Assembly: GCA_900088475.1 (NCBI GenBank)
Contig: FLMG01001546.1
Span: 86,104-150,103 of the forward strand
Direction: 5' to 3'
Origin: Hyphochytrium catenoides
Taxonomy: Eukaryota > Protista > Hyphochytriomycota
Length of the DNA: 64,000 nucleotides
Part shown: in pieces, positions 61,801-64,000 of the stretch
Numbering within the stretch: the stretch's first letter is position 1
How the letters are laid out: each line of letters begins with the position of its first letter
Translations under genes and position numbers: made by a program
The notes under the pieces: model-generated
What the model saw: only the letters and a program-made list of their open reading frames with translations
Told to the model about the DNA's origin: nothing
Database searches by the model: none

Positions 61801-64000
61801 GGTTGAGAAACAGCAGTTTGACTCTCTTACGCTGAACCGGGCACGCTTCCTGAAAATGTACAGTCTGGATCCTCATGATCCCTATCTTGGTTGCATTCCG
61901 AACTGTCCTGATCGCCTCTTTATGGAACCAGCGGTCATCGAAGACATCAGAACCAACCCAGAGACACAGGAAGTTCTCCTCCAAGAGCTGGACCAGCTAG
62001 AGGTCGATAGGGCTAATCTAAGGACAGTTACAGCTTCACGAGAGCCTAACACCGAGAGCGACCCTAACGTCAACATTCCTGTAAATCTTAGAAGGCTCAT
62101 CCGTAATGCTCAGCGGATCTTCAATATTGATTTGGGCAAGCCTAGCAACTTGCATCCCAGAGAGATTGTTGACGGTCTTAAGGAGCTGTGCGCAAAGATT
62201 GTGGTGGTCAAGGGCAGTGACTCTCTCTCGATTGAAGCGCAAGCAAACGCGACTATGCTCATTCAGATTCTTATCAGAGCCACTCTTGCTTGCAAGCGCA
62301 CTTTGCTGGAGCATCGCCTGAGCCGTGAGGCGTTCCAATTCTTACTAGGCCAGATTGAAGCAAAATTCCTCGCTTCTCAAGCAAATCCAGGCGAAATGGC
62401 TGGTGTTGTGGCTGCTCAGTCCATTGGAGAACCAGCTACGCAGATGACTCTTAACACCTTCCACTTTGCTGGTGTCTCTGCCAAGAACGTGACGCTGGGA
62501 GTCCCGCGGCTGAAAGAGATTATTAACATCGCAAAACAAGTGAAGACCCCAACATTATCCATATTCCTCTGCGCAGAGTCAGCACAGGATGCAGAAAAGG
62601 CAAAGTCAGTCCAGGCGGCCCTCGAATATACGACAGTGCGTGACATCACTGCGAACACTGCTATCTACTATGACCCTGATCCTATCAACACGGTCATTTT
62701 GGAGGACAGAGACTTCGTCGAGACTTTCTTTGCCTTACCGGAAGACGATGAGAATCAGCAGCGAGGAACATCACCATGGCTGCTAAGACTAGAGCTGGAT
62801 AGGAAGGCTGTGGTAGACAAGCGTCTAACTATGCAGGGCATCTACGAGAGGATTCGAGCGCAATATGGCAACGAGCTCTCGATCGTCTACACGGATGATA
62901 ATGCTGACAAACTGGTAATCCGCATTCGGATTATCAATGAGGAAGAAGACAAGGGACAGGGTGTTGAGGAGGATCCAACACTGTCTAGCGATATGGACTT
63001 CTTGAAACAGTTTGAACAGTCTAACCTAACAGACCTCAAGCTTAGAGGTATTCCAGGCGTCAAGAAGGTGCTGATGAGAGAAAACCCTACCAAAACTGTC
63101 TGGGACCCTGTGGATGGCTTCAAGATGGAAAAGGAATGGGTGCTTGAGACTGATGGAACGAATTTGCTGGAGGTCCTTTGCGTGCCAGAGGTCGACCATA
63201 CAAGGACCATCTCTAACGATATCGTTGAGATCATTCAGGTGCTTGGCATTGAGGCAGTGAGAGGGGCGTTGCTCAATGAGCTGAGGGCTGTCATTTCATT
63301 TGATGGCTCATACGTCAACTACCGCCACCTGGCCTGCCTCTGCGACATCATGACGTCAAGAGGCCACCTGATGGCCATTACTAGGCATGGAATTAACCGA
63401 AATGACTCCGGACCTTTGGTGCAATGCTCATTCGAGGAGACAGTGGAAATCCTCATGGAGGCTGCGGCCTTTGCGGTAGGAGATCCATTAAAGGGTGTGA
63501 CGGAAAACATCATGTTAGGACAACTGGCACCACTGGGCACTGGGTTCTGTGACCTTCTGCTGGACGAAAGGAAGCTGAGCGATGCTATCGAGTACACGGC
63601 GGCTGAAATGCAACAGGTGTTGACTGACCTTGACACTGACTGGGTGGGCAATGATCCTGGCAGCCCAATGTCAATGGCTGCTACGCCCTATGCCAGCACC
63701 CCGAANNNNNNNNNNNNNNNNNNNNNNNNNNNNNNNNNNNNNNNNNNNNNNNNNNNNNNNNNNTCAATGTCGCCATCGCCTATGTCCCCGCTGTATAACC
63801 CCGCGTCGCCGGGCTATAGTCCAAGCAGTCCGCTTTACAACCCTAGCAGTCCAGCCTACAGCCCAACCTCTCCGACGTACAGTCCCACAAGCCCGGCTTA
63901 TAGCCCCACTTCTCCAGCCTACAGTCCAACCAGTCCTGCCTACAGCCCGACGTCCCCTGCCTATAGCCCGACCTCTCCGGCATATAGCCCAACCAGCCCG
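58854..64000 (+). CDS. RPB1: DNA-directed RNA polymerase II largest subunit (3' partial)
   Basis: Exon 1 58854-58940 ([11 protein letters not shown]), exon 2 from 59020 ([19 protein letters not shown]), exon 3 with [28 protein letters not shown], catalytic [11 protein letters not shown] (about 60560-60592), TQMTLNTFH and CTD heptads. It is absent from the ORF track, probably because the frame stays open across the N gap to the window end. Confidence 0.98.
63706..63763. other. Assembly gap (58 N)
   Basis: Run of N in the RPB1 linker. The reading frame is preserved across it. Confidence 0.99.
63794..64000 (+). repeat. RPB1 CTD heptad repeats (21-bp period)
   Basis: [28 protein letters not shown], then YSPTSPA x5 and a truncated YSPTSP. 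Confidence 0.97.

Noticed and set aside
59433-63705. No long ORF over 4.3 kb in the supplied track
   Set aside because: Track artefact: RPB1 motifs appear in order and the frame continues across the N gap to the window end with no stop seen.

Overview
This is a gene-dense, intron-containing eukaryotic nuclear window (GT-AG introns mostly about 55-250 nt, standard genetic code). It is most likely from a flagellate stramenopile, judged from the RPB1 N-terminal signature, the YSPTSPA CTD heptads and an LRRC43 homolog. From left to right it holds: (1) a giant type-I membrane protein gene on the minus strand, over 18 kb and over 5,000 aa, running off the window start; (2) a possible small orphan spliced gene; (3) a divergent BABAM2/BRE homolog; (4) an intronless membrane-anchored SGNH hydrolase; (5) three identical tRNA-Gly(TCC) genes; (6) DNA polymerase epsilon catalytic subunit; (7) a typical 2-Cys peroxiredoxin with an NLS-like C-terminal tail; (8) a (CT)FxP-repeat plus WW-domain protein; (9) BCP1/BCCIP; (10) a METTL21-like methyltransferase; (11) a large USP9/24/34-like deubiquitinase; (12) an LRRC43-like protein; (13) an XK-related membrane protein; and (14) RPB1, whose CTD runs off the window end. 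The giant protein has a signal peptide, 7 Ig-like repeats, 2 Calx-beta-like domains, about 3,000 aa of GCC2/GCC3 (ephrin-receptor-like) Cys repeats, one TM helix and a long coiled-coil tail. I found no CRISPR array, transposon or genetic-code anomaly. The best candidates for undescribed biology are the giant receptor-like protein, which has RxL/RRL putative processing sites at both ends of its ectodomain, and the apparently nucleus-targeted peroxiredoxin. All gene models were spliced by hand and all family calls come from motif recognition, not database searches.
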